The notes beneath the pieces were generated by a model. The model did not search any database and had not been told where the DNA came from. It saw only the letters and a program-made list of their open reading frames with translations. Shown here in pieces: positions 42,001 to 53,308 of a DNA stretch of 64,000 bases. Source of the stretch: Ascoidea asiatica JCM 7603 (lineage: Eukaryota > Fungi > Ascomycota); assembly GCA_001600695.1 (NCBI GenBank), contig BCKQ01000019.1:87511-151510 (forward strand), written 5' to 3'. A program made the position numbers and the translations under genes. The number at the start of each line of letters is the position of its first letter. Position 1 is the first letter of the stretch.

Positions 42001-43739
42001 AAAAAGCTTCTGAACGAGGATTAGTCGTAATTGATCAAGAAGAATATTCAACTTTAAAAGAAGAGTCAGTTTATTTGTCAACAGAAGATAGAATTAGAGA
42101 TAAAGCTGCAAAAATTGGATTAGTTGTGTTAACAAGATCTGAATATGACCAAGTTGAAAAAGGTTCTAAAGTTAGAAGTATAGATGAATTGAATTCCGAA
42201 GCAGCTTCATTAGGATATCATTTACTTAGAACTTATAGAGAAAATGATAACTTAAATGATTATTTGGAAGAAGATAAAATTATTTTGGAAAGAGATCAAT
42301 TTCTTCAACTTAAGAAAAAAGCTGATAATAAATTAGTTTTAACTAGAGATATAATATCTAGAAATGCATCTGATTTTAATTTGGTTGTGAAACCAGTAAA
42401 TGAATTCGAGAAAATTTTGGAAATGGCAAAGATAAATGAATCAGAACTTTCTAAAGAACGTTTAATGAATCTTTGTAAAGATCAAGATTTACTTTGTATT
42501 TCTGTTACAAGATACATGAAAGATCCAAAACATAAACTGTTGATTAGTCCATATTTTGAAGATAATGTTGCAATGTCTAGAAAGACATATGATAATTTCC
42601 TAAGACTTGAAAATTTAAATATTGAAACTATGGCTTTGGATAAATTACGAGAAAATGTTAAAAAACGTGGATATGAGATAACAGAAGTTGATTATGATAA
42701 TGGTATGGCTTTATCAAGTTCATTTAATAAAAATGATTCATCATTGAACCTTTATGGAGAAACAATAGATGAAGATGAAATTACTATAAATGATGATTCA
42801 TCTCTGTCAAGTGTGACGGTTAATTGTTTGAAAAGATCATCTACTACAATTTCAAGACCTTCAGATATACAACATCAATCTCATTTAGGACCAGAAGAAG
42901 CTCGAGCATTATTGGCTAATATGAAATCATCGTCAAGATCCTCTATTGCTACTGGATCTACAGAAGAACCTGCATCCATAATTATTGATTCATCAGTTAG
43001 TAAAAGATTAAATGATTCAGGATTATCATTAAAGGGTAATCCTTTTAAAAACCCAACAATTAGTGCCATAACTCAAACAGTTATTGGTGAATTTCTTTAC
43101 AAATATTATAGAAGTCTTGGACCATTATCAGTTATTTCGGAAAATCGTCATGAGAGGTATTTTTGGATTCATCCATATACTTTAACATTATATTGGTCGG
43201 AAGTTAATCCAGTTTTTGGAGATCCAGCTAGTAATAAAACTAGAGCTATTGCAATATGTGATGTTGAAAGTGTTGAAGATAATAATCCATTACCTCCAGG
43301 ATTATATCATAAAAGTATAATTATTTATTCTCAGAATAAACAAATTACATTAACATGTCCATCAAAACTTAGACATAATATTTGGTATAATTCTTTAAGA
43401 TATCTTGTTGATAAAAGTAAAGAAGGTATGAAATTTGATACCTCAGTTTCAAGAGTATTTCAAGATAATAATATTGCACGATCTTTAGATAATGGAAATC
43501 ATTTCATAAAGAATAATGCAGAGTTTGAAAGAAGTAGAACTAGAAAACAATTTTTTCAAAATAAAAACAATACTTCTATGGGATTTAGTAGAGGAATGTC
43601 TTCTAAATTTCGAACAACTTTGGATTATATTCCTGAAAATCAGAGTCAAAGTACAAGTCAAATAAAACATGGTGGATTTGATAATGAAGGTCGAAGAAGA
43701 TCACATTCATATAATGAACTTGACTTTTCATATAACTAG
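39012..43739 (+). CDS. NUM1: Num1/Mcp5-like cortical dynein/mitochondria anchor (coiled coil, degenerate repeats, C-terminal PH domain)
   Basis: LDFTLQLSKNLAVQSRKLQ coiled-coil start, repeats of KA-x-x-x-GLVV-x-x-x-x-EY, PH domain AITQTVIGEFLYKYYR...RHERYFWIHPYTLTLYWS...DNNPLPPGLYHKSI...RHNIWYNSLRYL. Confidence 0.85.
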   Translation: MPSYHYNYNNNIISNSNSNNNNNNKRHSKTRELFDQFNNRFSLSSSLSNSTISNSVISSNSSNSSNLSNSFSNSYSNTFSIHSNNSLISSNSSNNSINNSIINKKNINNNINNKRKSRNMIISNPILTNSTNSTSLNNIQINKLHNSISRNSSKSSNSTSNSRNTSYINTNNINNNNNSNNNNNQFQSISIPNSLSTPNLNLNSNSNSNLNEINSAIIKSNTNSNIDSIKESNNDLNKDLNIEANIESSIDSDELNDNSNTESNELKFENKLEIEINENKKKNRKSIIINNNDLDFTLQLSKNLAVQSRKLQIENLKYIQKINNLKLKIKNLKIQLNDNNQLNNNESNNKIKILNEKITNLNNLISNLNQSILEKDNLQNLTQNDLKISKDSYIFLNSQFNQYKLKSIQIIENLKKNQSLNLNLNNSSPSINSITSFATITNNNSNSNISSISNISNPNNTTRSSFDIQFQENNNSLSSTSSNSTQFVSLLSENKSLKNKIIQLQNLKKIEKDSINLEIQNLQEKLIKISNDLSIKDSKLMKSENALQNYKNFDNDPKSLRLKLENYIRKNNLVLLDLTEYKSLQKMSIISTNSFNSNTNSQTSNTSNNLSTNASITNSSLNSTTMISNFDENSFISNLNSNFNTFRDKLSDKVSNRLSTFDPIKDTNRDSIIDIESSTSSSKRDSTISIDQKSKVSRLQQMLYNHKILEKHTNELKAEVENYKVKLETVSNEYDQLLTSNTVLKTGKEKIQTELNDLTNKFNSLFERNVALKKGNKSLSLENSDLNNHLSKIQIENNEFHFKIEELDLKVGNLRNQINGLESEIQELSENNSIKTKENEHLKTDINRSILEKIKLSDEIKTLKKKLQVEKEEKKIIHEKSLTKSSMIHQVQTILGTSLISLTSPSNDRFPQSLKQDPKKISSVLTKISTNETLSEKVVNLDINAYKDKSIENKVREKNDDMQSDTDVSSIGIIEADSSDNDTDSESGSISDESLIKKASERGLVVIDQEEYSTLKEESVYLSTEDRIRDKAAKIGLVVLTRSEYDQVEKGSKVRSIDELNSEAASLGYHLLRTYRENDNLNDYLEEDKIILERDQFLQLKKKADNKLVLTRDIISRNASDFNLVVKPVNEFEKILEMAKINESELSKERLMNLCKDQDLLCISVTRYMKDPKHKLLISPYFEDNVAMSRKTYDNFLRLENLNIETMALDKLRENVKKRGYEITEVDYDNGMALSSSFNKNDSSLNLYGETIDEDEITINDDSSLSSVTVNCLKRSSTTISRPSDIQHQSHLGPEEARALLANMKSSSRSSIATGSTEEPASIIIDSSVSKRLNDSGLSLKGNPFKNPTISAITQTVIGEFLYKYYRSLGPLSVISENRHERYFWIHPYTLTLYWSEVNPVFGDPASNKTRAIAICDVESVEDNNPLPPGLYHKSIIIYSQNKQITLTCPSKLRHNIWYNSLRYLVDKSKEGMKFDTSVSRVFQDNNIARSLDNGNHFIKNNAEFERSRTRKQFFQNKNNTSMGFSRGMSSKFRTTLDYIPENQSQSTSQIKHGGFDNEGRRRSHSYNELDFSYN

Positions 43740-44349
43740 AAATAAAATTTTTGAGCCTTTTTTTTTCTTTCATTTTTTTTAATTTTCTTCTTTCAATTTT
43801 TAAAATCCAATTATTTGTTTACTCATTTATCAATTCTGTTGATTTTGGACTTTTTTTTTTGTTTTTTTTATACTTATTAGTTTATGCTAATATGATTATT
43901 TTTACTCTGTATTAATATTTTGTTCATTCAGTTCTTTATCCTATTTACTATCGTTAATTTACTTTTTTTTATCATTAATTGTGTTTTGAATTTCTAATAA
44001 CTAATATTTTTTTGTTCCTATTGTTTATTTATCTATTTTAGCTTAAGTGACTAATCTTCATTCCTTTATCCATTTCAAATTCAATTTCACTTTCTCTTTT
44101 TTCGTCTTTCGTTTTCTCGTTTGTTCTGAAGCTGTGTTGTTTTATATTTCCTTCGTTTGATAATTCTATATAAAATAGATTCTATTATATTTACAATAAA
44201 TACTTTTTTCAGTGAATTGAATGAAAAACAATATAAAAATAAGAAATTTCCTATTCTGGATTTTAAATTTCGGCCTAGCATCAAAGTTGACACGTGGGCA
44301 CCGGCCCTCAAATACAACTTCCGACCACGCAGCTAGAACTTTTTTTTGG

Positions 44350-44410
44350 AAAATTTTCATAGCAATTCTAATAGGGGAAAAAATATAGCAATAGAAATAA
44401 ATGAAAAATT
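44350..44410. promoter_or_regulatory. RRPE elements upstream of ARB1
   Basis: AAAATTTTCA at 44350 (TGAAAATTTT on minus) and TGAAAAATT at 44402. Confidence 0.5.
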
Positions 44411-44597
44411 GGAGTTTAATTTTATTTTATATTTGAGTAAATCATAAATGAAGTATTTAAAGTATTCTTGATTCTACATTTATTTATTATAATATTTGTT
44501 TTATGTTAGTTTTTCTTATTAATTATTATATTATCTTATATTGTATTAAAGGAAAGTAAGAAAAAAAGTCAAATAATTAATCAATTACTTATTAATC

Positions 44598-46421
44598 ATG
44601 GATAGAAAAGTTAGTGCCTCAAAGGCTAAAAGAGAAGCTAAAAAAGCTGCTTCTGGTAAAAAACCAAAGAAGCTTTCCAAGAAACAATTAGCAGCTCAAG
44701 CAGCTGCTGAAAATGGTGATACTGATGAAGTTTCCAAACAGATCAATAATTTGAAATTACAACAAGATAAAGATGGTATATCAGATCGTGTTACAACTGG
44801 TGTTTTAGATTCTTTACAAACTTCAAGAGATATAAAATTATCATCGGTTTCATTATTATTTCATGGTAAAGTTTTAATTCAAGATTCTACATTAGAATTA
44901 AATTATGGTAGAAGATATGGTTTATTAGGTGCTAATGGATGTGGAAAATCTACATTTTTAAGAGCAATAGCTGCAAGAGAATATCCAGTACCTGAATCAA
45001 TTGATATTTATTTATTAAATGAACCTGCAGAAGCTTCTGAATTATCTGCTTTAGATTGGGTTGTAACTGAAGCTAAAAATGAATTAAAAAGATTAGAAGA
45101 TTTAGTTGAAAAAATTTTAGTTGAAGATGGTCCAGAATCTCCAGTTTTAGAAGATTTATATGAAAGAATTGATGAAATGGATCCTGATACTTTTGAATCA
45201 AGAGCTTCAATAATTTTAATTGGTTTAGGATTTAATTCAAAAACTATTAAAAAGAAAACAAAAGATATGTCTGGTGGTTGGAAAATGAGAGTTGCTTTAT
45301 CAAAAGCTTTATTTGTTAAACCAACATTATTATTATTAGATGATCCAACAGCACATTTAGATTTAGAAGCTTGTGTTTGGTTAGAAGAATATTTAAAAAG
45401 ATGGGATAGAACTTTAGTTTTAGTTTCTCATTCTCAAGATTTTTTAAATGGTGTATGTTCAAATATGATTGATATGAGAGAAAATAAAATTATGATGTAT
45501 GGTGGTAATTATGATTCATATATTAAAACTAGAACCGAACAAGAAACAAATCAAATGAAACAATATGCAAAACAACAAGATGAAATTGTTCATATTAAAA
45601 AATTTATTGCAAGTGCAGGTACTTATTCAAATTTAGTTAGACAAGCAAAATCAAGACAAAAAATTTTAGATAAAATGGAAGCTGATGGATTAATTAAACC
45701 TGTTCAAGCAGAAAAAGTTTTTAGTTTTAGATTTCCAGATATTGAAAAATTACCACCACCAGTTTTATCTTTTGATGATATTAATTTTGCTTATGATGGT
45801 AAACCAGAAAATAATTTATATGAACATTTAAGTTTTGGAGTTGATATGGATTCAAGAATTGCATTAGTTGGACCAAATGGTGTAGGTAAATCAACATTAT
45901 TAAAATTAATGACAGGAGAATTAAATGCTCAAACAGGTAGAGTTTCAAAACATACTCATATTAAAATTGGAGTTTATTCACAACATTCTGCAGATCAATT
46001 AGATTTAACAAAAACTCCATTAGAATTTGTTCGTGATAAATTCAGTAGTATATCTCAAGATTTTCAATATTGGAGAGGACAGTTAGGTAGATATGGTTTA
46101 ACCGGAGAAGGACAAACATCTCAAATGGCAACATTATCAGAAGGTCAAAGATCAAGAGTTGTATTTGCATTATTAGCATTAGAAGCACCAAATATATTAT
46201 TATTGGATGAACCTACTAATGGTTTAGATATTCCAACAATTGATTCATTAGCAGATGCTATAAATGCATTTAATGGTGGTGTTTGTGTAGTTTCACATGA
46301 TTTTAGATTATTAGATAAAATTGCAAAAGATATTTTTGTTGTTGAAAATAAAACTTGTACAAGATGGGATGGATCAATCTTAGATTATAAGAAGAAATTA
46401 GCTAAAAACATTGTTTTATAA
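44598..46421 (+). CDS. ARB1: ABC-F ATPase Arb1 (ABCF2)
   Basis: VSASKAKREAKK N-terminus; two NBDs (GANGCGKST, MSGGWKMRVAL, LLLLDDPT; GPNGVGKST, LSEGQRSRV, LLLDEPT); no TM segments. Confidence 0.96.
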   Translation: MDRKVSASKAKREAKKAASGKKPKKLSKKQLAAQAAAENGDTDEVSKQINNLKLQQDKDGISDRVTTGVLDSLQTSRDIKLSSVSLLFHGKVLIQDSTLELNYGRRYGLLGANGCGKSTFLRAIAAREYPVPESIDIYLLNEPAEASELSALDWVVTEAKNELKRLEDLVEKILVEDGPESPVLEDLYERIDEMDPDTFESRASIILIGLGFNSKTIKKKTKDMSGGWKMRVALSKALFVKPTLLLLDDPTAHLDLEACVWLEEYLKRWDRTLVLVSHSQDFLNGVCSNMIDMRENKIMMYGGNYDSYIKTRTEQETNQMKQYAKQQDEIVHIKKFIASAGTYSNLVRQAKSRQKILDKMEADGLIKPVQAEKVFSFRFPDIEKLPPPVLSFDDINFAYDGKPENNLYEHLSFGVDMDSRIALVGPNGVGKSTLLKLMTGELNAQTGRVSKHTHIKIGVYSQHSADQLDLTKTPLEFVRDKFSSISQDFQYWRGQLGRYGLTGEGQTSQMATLSEGQRSRVVFALLALEAPNILLLDEPTNGLDIPTIDSLADAINAFNGGVCVVSHDFRLLDKIAKDIFVVENKTCTRWDGSILDYKKKLAKNIVL

Positions 46422-47400
46422 GTAAAGTTATATTTAAAATTACTTATTCAAATAATTTTCATAGAAGTTTTCAAAATCCAGCATCATTATTATCATAATC
46501 ATATAAATTTCTGGTTCTTGACAGTTTAATTTTTTTTTGTCTGTTTATGTTTATGTGATATCATTAATTTTGTTTTGAAAGCCAGTGATTTATTAATTTA
46601 TACAAATTTATACAAATTTATACAAAATATATTCATTTCCTTAATTCATAAAATAATAATCTGTTATTATCTATAAAGATAACAGATAATGAAATTTAAT
46701 CTCATATTTAACATATTTAACTATTTTACGTCACTACAGTACTCTGAATGCGCAAAAGAAAGCTACACGCGAAATGTCTGCGCGAAAGTAAAAAAAAAAA
46801 AAAAACTTGAAGCCACAAATGAGGTACTGCGTATGTAAAATCCGTTTTTGGAAAATAACTAAAAAAGAACATCCGCAGTCGGATTTCAGGAAATAAACCT
46901 ACGGAAAAAGAATTTATTTAGTACTTCAAACGGAGAGCATGTGACTGGTTTTATTATCGGTTTTCGGAAGAACGTCGCAGCCGTGTTCCGCGGGCCTGGA
47001 GCTGTCAGAATGCACCGGAAACCAATCAAAAATACCGAAAACGGCAATCGGACGGCAAATGACTATCGCAAGCCACTATGAAATTGAAGAAACTGATGAA
47101 GGAAGTAGCTGTGATTTATCTATCACGGAATTTGGTGATTTGTTTGCTAAAAGCCCATTCAAATAGGAGAAATTTAGACTGGCTTTGCCTTATTGTTTCA
47201 ATCAATGAATGAGAAATAGAAGCAGCAGTAGATTAAATCAACACACATAAATAAATAAATATTTACTTTTTTATTGAATCCAATACTAATTCTTATTGTT
47301 AATTATTGTTAATTTACGTTTTTTTTTTTATTTTTCTCAAGTTCTTATAGAGAGCTCTTTATTTAATTTTATTAATTAGTTTTTTTTTTTTTTACCAAAA

Positions 47401-48542
47401 ATGAGTTTTAAAGGGTTTACTAAAGCTTTAACAAGAGCTCCAACAACAATAAGACAAAAATTCAATAATGGTACTCAAACAAAAGATTTAGTTTATGTTG
47501 ATGCAGAAAGAAGATTTACGGAATTAGAAACAGAAACAAAAAAATTAAGTGAAGAATCAAAAAGATATTTTGCAGCTGTTAATGGTATGTTAGATCATCA
47601 AATTGAATTTTCAAAAGGAATTGAAGAAATTTATAAACCAATTAGTGGTAAAATTAGTGATCCAAATTCAATTATTCAAGAAGGTAATCCAGAAGGTATT
47701 AAAGCTTCAGAATCTTATAGAGCTGTAGTTGCAGAATTAAAAGAAACTTTAAAACCAGATTTAGAATTAATTGAAAGTAGAATTATTGGACCTGCAAATG
47801 AATTATTAACAATTATAAATAGAGTTAAAAAAATGGCAACAAAAAGAAATCATAAACAACTTGATTTAGATAGACATTTAAATTCAATGAAAAAATATGA
47901 AAATAAAAAAGAACAAACTGCAAAAGATATTGAAAAATTAAGTAAAGCTCAAACTAATGTTTCTATAGCTCAAGAAGAATATGATTATTATAATAATTTA
48001 TTAAAAACAGAATTACCAACATTATTTCAATTACAAGCACAATTCTTACAACCATTATTTGTTTCATTATATTATATGCAATTAAGTATATTTTATACAT
48101 TATTTAATAGAATGGAAGAATTAAAAATTCCATATTTTGATTTAAATTCAGATATTCTTGAAGCTTTTAATTTTAAAAAAGGTGATTCTCATGAAAAAGC
48201 AGATTCTATTGGTATAACACATTTTAAATTAGGTCATGCAAAATCTAAATTAGAAGCAACAAAAAAAAGATTTGGACAAACTAAAGCAGAAGAAGCAAAT
48301 GCAAATTCTATTGCAAATTCAAATTCTGCTCAATTACCACCATATTCACCAAATAATCAATTACCTCCATATTCTGCACAGCAGCCCGTTGGTTATCAAC
48401 AACCTACAAATTATGGAATCCCTCAACAACAAACTCAACAACAACCAATGGGTTATGGAATTCCAGTTCAACAAACTGCAAGTCCTGTTTATGGTCAACA
48501 ACCACAACAAGTACCTCAGCAAGCAACAGGATATGGAATTCC

Positions 48543-48573
<31 letters not shown>

Positions 48574-48879
48574 ATTCCATTAACTGCTCAAAGTACTATA
48601 AGTACAAGCAGTGGAGCAGATATGAGTTATGGAACTAATATGACATCAACATCAGCATCAACTTCAACACCAATTCCAGGACAGTTTATGAAAGTTGAAA
48701 CATGTACAGCATTATATGATTATACAGCTCAAGCTCAAGGAGATTTATCTTTCACAGCTGGTTCAATGATTGAAATTATTCAAAGAACTCCAGATGTTAA
48801 TGGATGGTGGACAGGTAAATTAGTATCTAATGGTTCAACTGGAGTCTTTCCAGGTAATTATGTTCAATTAAATCCATAA
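47401..48879 (+). CDS. RVS167: Amphiphysin-like BAR-SH3 protein
   Basis: [36 protein letters not shown]-rich linker, SH3 [15 protein letters not shown]...WWTG...GVFPGNYV. Confidence 0.95.
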
Positions 48880-49955
48880 AATATTTTACTTTTTGTATAT
48901 TTTTTTGTTTTGTATATCCATATAATTTTTATCCTCTTCTTTCTCTATACTTTTTTCTTATATTTTATAATATATATTTTTGAAGCATGAGCAAGGAGCA
49001 TAAAGCAAGAATCAAGTGGTAAAATCATCATCACCAGCCACATTACAACATTTTCACACTCGCCACATCTAAACTTCACTTTTTACTAAAGCCACCACCC
49101 TCGTAACTTTTAACATCCGACCATTGATCATCTGACTTACACGGCTTTCCGGTGGTTCTGGTTCTGGTTCTGGTCCGCCGCTCGCTCTGTTTCCGTTTCT
49201 TCGCTTTCTTCGCTTTCTTCGCTTTTCTCCTCGCTGCTCTGGAATTAGTGCCATTGTTTGTTTTGTATTACTACGCTCAATACTCACTTCCAATACTCAT
49301 ACTCACTCTATGCAATATATTCAATGTTCTATTCAATATATATATATTAATGTAATTAATTCAAATATAATTCTGTATATTCATTAGTATTTTGTATTTA
49401 GTATTTAGTATTTAGTATTTTGTATATTATATATCTAGTATATTATATATATATTTATCATATATTTATCATATCTTGATATATCATTTCTTTAATGGAT
49501 AGTCATTACCATAAACACTCTTCTTCTATTTGAATCTTATATATCTAATCCAGCTAATTCAATCAGTCTCTGCTATTCTACAAAATCTAAATATTTATAT
49601 TTATCTATCAATATTATACCTCAGCCACTGCTATTCATTAATAAATATCATTAATAATATCATTAATAATATCATCAATAATATCATTATCACTCTTCAT
49701 TCTTTTTATCAAATATATTCAGGTCAATTCTATTAAAAAAATATTATAGAAACTTTTAAGACTCTATAAATTATACATTATACTCAAGTTTACTCTCGCT
49801 TTTTAAAATAACAATTTCTTCTCTTGTTCCTTTTTCTTTTTCTTTTTGTTTTTGTTTATTCTTTTTCTTATATCAATTACATATTCAAAAAAAAAATTTT
49901 TAAATTTATAAATATAATTTATCAATAAAATTTTAATTTTTTAATTTTTACATTA

Positions 49956-50585
49956 ATGACTACCAATTCATCAACAAATATTGATTTAAATCTTGAAATT
50001 TCAAATAAAAATCAAATTAATATTGATAATTATTTAAATAAAGCTGGTTTTCATATAACTTATTCAAATTTAAAAAAATTAGATCAATTTAATAAAGATA
50101 AAAAAATGACTAAAGATGATTTTAATTCAATCAATTCTTTAAATCAACTTCAATCTCAATCTAAATCTCAATCTATATCACAATCACAATTACAATCAAT
50201 ATCTAAATCTCAATCTCAATCAAATTCCAAGTTTATTTCTTTATCAAAATCAAATGATGAATTATCTTCAAATAATAATATAAATAATAATAATAATAAA
50301 AATAAAAATGTAATTTTAACAATCAGAGCTCAAACTACAAGCTCAAATGATAATATAAACAATCATATCAATAATAATAATAATAATCATAATAATAATC
50401 ATAATCATAATCATAATCATACAATAAATCATAATATTCCAAGATCTTTACATACAACTCCAGATTTAACCGCTCATACTTCAATACCTGATAATCTTAT
50501 AAATTCACCAACTTCTTCTACTACTATTTCTACTACTAATCATTCAATTACATCCAATAATAATATTGATAATATCATTGATCCC

Positions 50586-50624
<39 letters not shown>

Positions 50625-52430
50625 CAAAATGAAGATGATAACTCTTTCACTTTCGAATCAAAATTAGATGATAATCAACCTATATCCCAAAATAATTTCA
50701 AAAATAATTCACAGATATTAAGCACCAATACAAATATTATTCAAAATGATATTCAAAATATTAATCAAATTACTGCCATTAATACAAATACAAATACAAA
50801 TAACAATAATAATAACAATAACAATAACCAAAATGATACTGCTGCAAGTTTGGAAATTGATAGAATTAGAGCTTCATTTTTATCAAAAAGAGAATTAAAA
50901 AAAAAGACAACAACAACTTTAATTAATAATGTAAATATTGATCCAAATGATCAATCTATTGTTAAAGAAGGTCATAGAAATTATATGATGGCTTATAATA
51001 TGTTAACTGGTATTAGAGTTGCTGTTTCAACTTGTAATGGTTTAATGTTACCTTTAAAAGATGAAGATTTTTATAATTCAAGAAAATTAACTTTTGATAT
51101 AATTGGTAATGAATTAACTCCTTCATCAAAATATGATTTTAAATTTAAAGATTATTCCCCTCAAGTTTTTAGAGAATTAAGATCAATTTTTGGTTTAGAT
51201 CAAGCTGATTATTTAATGAGTTTAACTGCAAAATATATTTTAAGTGAATTAGCTTCTCCAGGTAAATCAAGATCTTTTTTTTATTATTCAAGAGATTATA
51301 GATTTATTATTAAAACTATTCATCATTCTGAACATAGACAATTAAGAAAAATTATTAAAGATTATTATTTACATGTTAAAAAATATCCAAATACTTTAAT
51401 TTCTCAATTTTATGGTTTACATCGTTTAAAAATGCCATTTAATGGTATTAATGGTGTTAGAAAAGTTCATTTTGTTGTAATGAATAATTTATTTCCACCA
51501 CATAAAGATATTCATAAAACTTATGATTTAAAAGGTTCAACATTTCAAAGATTTACTGATGAAGAAAAATCAAAAAAAAGGGGTAAAAAAACAATTGTTT
51601 TAAAAGATAAAAATTGGTTAAATGATAATTCAAGAATTAAATTAGGTCCTGATAAAAGAAATTTTTTTTTAAATCAATTAAATGCTGATGTTGAATTATT
51701 AAAAAGATTAAATATTATGGATTATTCTTTATTATTAGGTATTCATGATGTTAATATTGGTAATAGAGATGATTTAACTGGTCAAAAATTAAGTGTTTTT
51801 GCTCCACCTGATAATGCAACTAAATTTACAATTAAAAGAACAAATCCAACTCAAATTAATAGATTTGAAGATTTACCTGTAACTGAATTTCCTGATAGAG
51901 CTAAATTCTTTTTTTATGGTGATGATGGTGGTATTAGAGGTACAAATGAAAATAATGATAATAATGATGAAATTTATTATCTTGGTATCATTGATTGTTT
52001 AACAAATTACGGTCTGATAAAACATATGGAAACATTTTGGAAATCTTTAAGTCAAAATAGAAAAACTATAAGTGCAGTACCTGCTAATGAATATGGTGAT
52101 AGATTTTATAAATTTATAATTGATGCTGTTCAACCAAAAACTGAATCTGTTAAAAATAGAATTAGAAGTTTAAGTAGGTGTAGTAATACTGATCTTCGTA
52201 ATAATTCAAATGAAAATTTAAATGATAACTCAAATTTAAATGAAAAACAAAGTTATAATAATAATAATAATGAAGATAATAATAATAATAAAAGTAATAG
52301 TAAGAATAAAATTAATGAAAATTCTCAGAACTTATTAGTAAACAAAGGTAAAGAAAAGGAAAATGAAATAATACTGGATGATACTAATGAAAAATCAAAT
52401 TATTCAGATTTTAAGCCATATAAAGACTAA
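49956..52430 (+). CDS. MSS4: Phosphatidylinositol-4-phosphate 5-kinase
   Basis: AYNMLTGIRVAVS, FKFKDYSPQVFRELR, RFIIKTI, YDLKGS, LKDKN, IMDYSLLLGIHD, YYLGIIDCLT. Confidence 0.93.
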
Positions 52431-53308
52431 ATTTAAACTAAAATAAAAAAATATTACATTCTCAATTTTGTAAAGGATTTATAACTTAAATACTATTCTT
52501 TTTCAAAAATTTCCTTATTTCAATCAACATCACATATTTATTAAATTTTTAAATGGTTTAATTATTTCAATAATAAAACAGATAGCTTTTTGCTTTTTAA
52601 TGGTTTTATATTTAAGAAAATATATTGTTCAAACTTCCTGCAATAGTTTTAATTATCTAATATACAATATAAAGCTTAGGATTTTAAATTTAAATTATAT
52701 TATTTATGCTATTTATACTATTTATACTATTTATACTATTTATACTATTAGTTTTTTATTCATTTCTAAATGACAGAATAAGATCTGTCATTATTATTTT
52801 TGGTTCTATAATTTACCTTTAGTAATAATTTTTTTTTTTTTTTCTGTTTTTTTATTTTGCTTTTTAATTTTATTTACAGAACATTTAATATATCATTTAG
52901 TTAATTTGGATAATAATCAATTTTCATTTATTTTAATTTTCTAGTTTAATTTCCAGTTTCTTGTTTTTTTAATTCTCTTTCATAGATATAGTATATAGTT
53001 TTATTGGTATATAAACTATTTAATTATAAATTAAAATTTTATAAAAACAAAACAAAAGTATTTAATTAAAATAATATATAAAAAGTAAATAAGTAAATAA
53101 ATAAGTATATAAGTATATAAATAGACAAATTATAAAGATAAAGAATGATATAAAGGAGAGAAAAAAGTTTATTTATAAAAATAGAATAATAATTGATAAA
53201 GATTATTAATATATTGATTGAGTTATGAAATTATTGAAAGAGATTATTTTAAATTATTTTAGTAATTGATTGATTGTATTAAGATATATATATATAATTA
53301 AAAAAAAA

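Noticed and set aside
52769-52792. 9-bp hairpins in 3' regions (also about 46659-46687) and an 8-bp stem at about 38663-38686
   Set aside because: Short, mostly AT stems expected by chance, with no shared sequence or loop motif.
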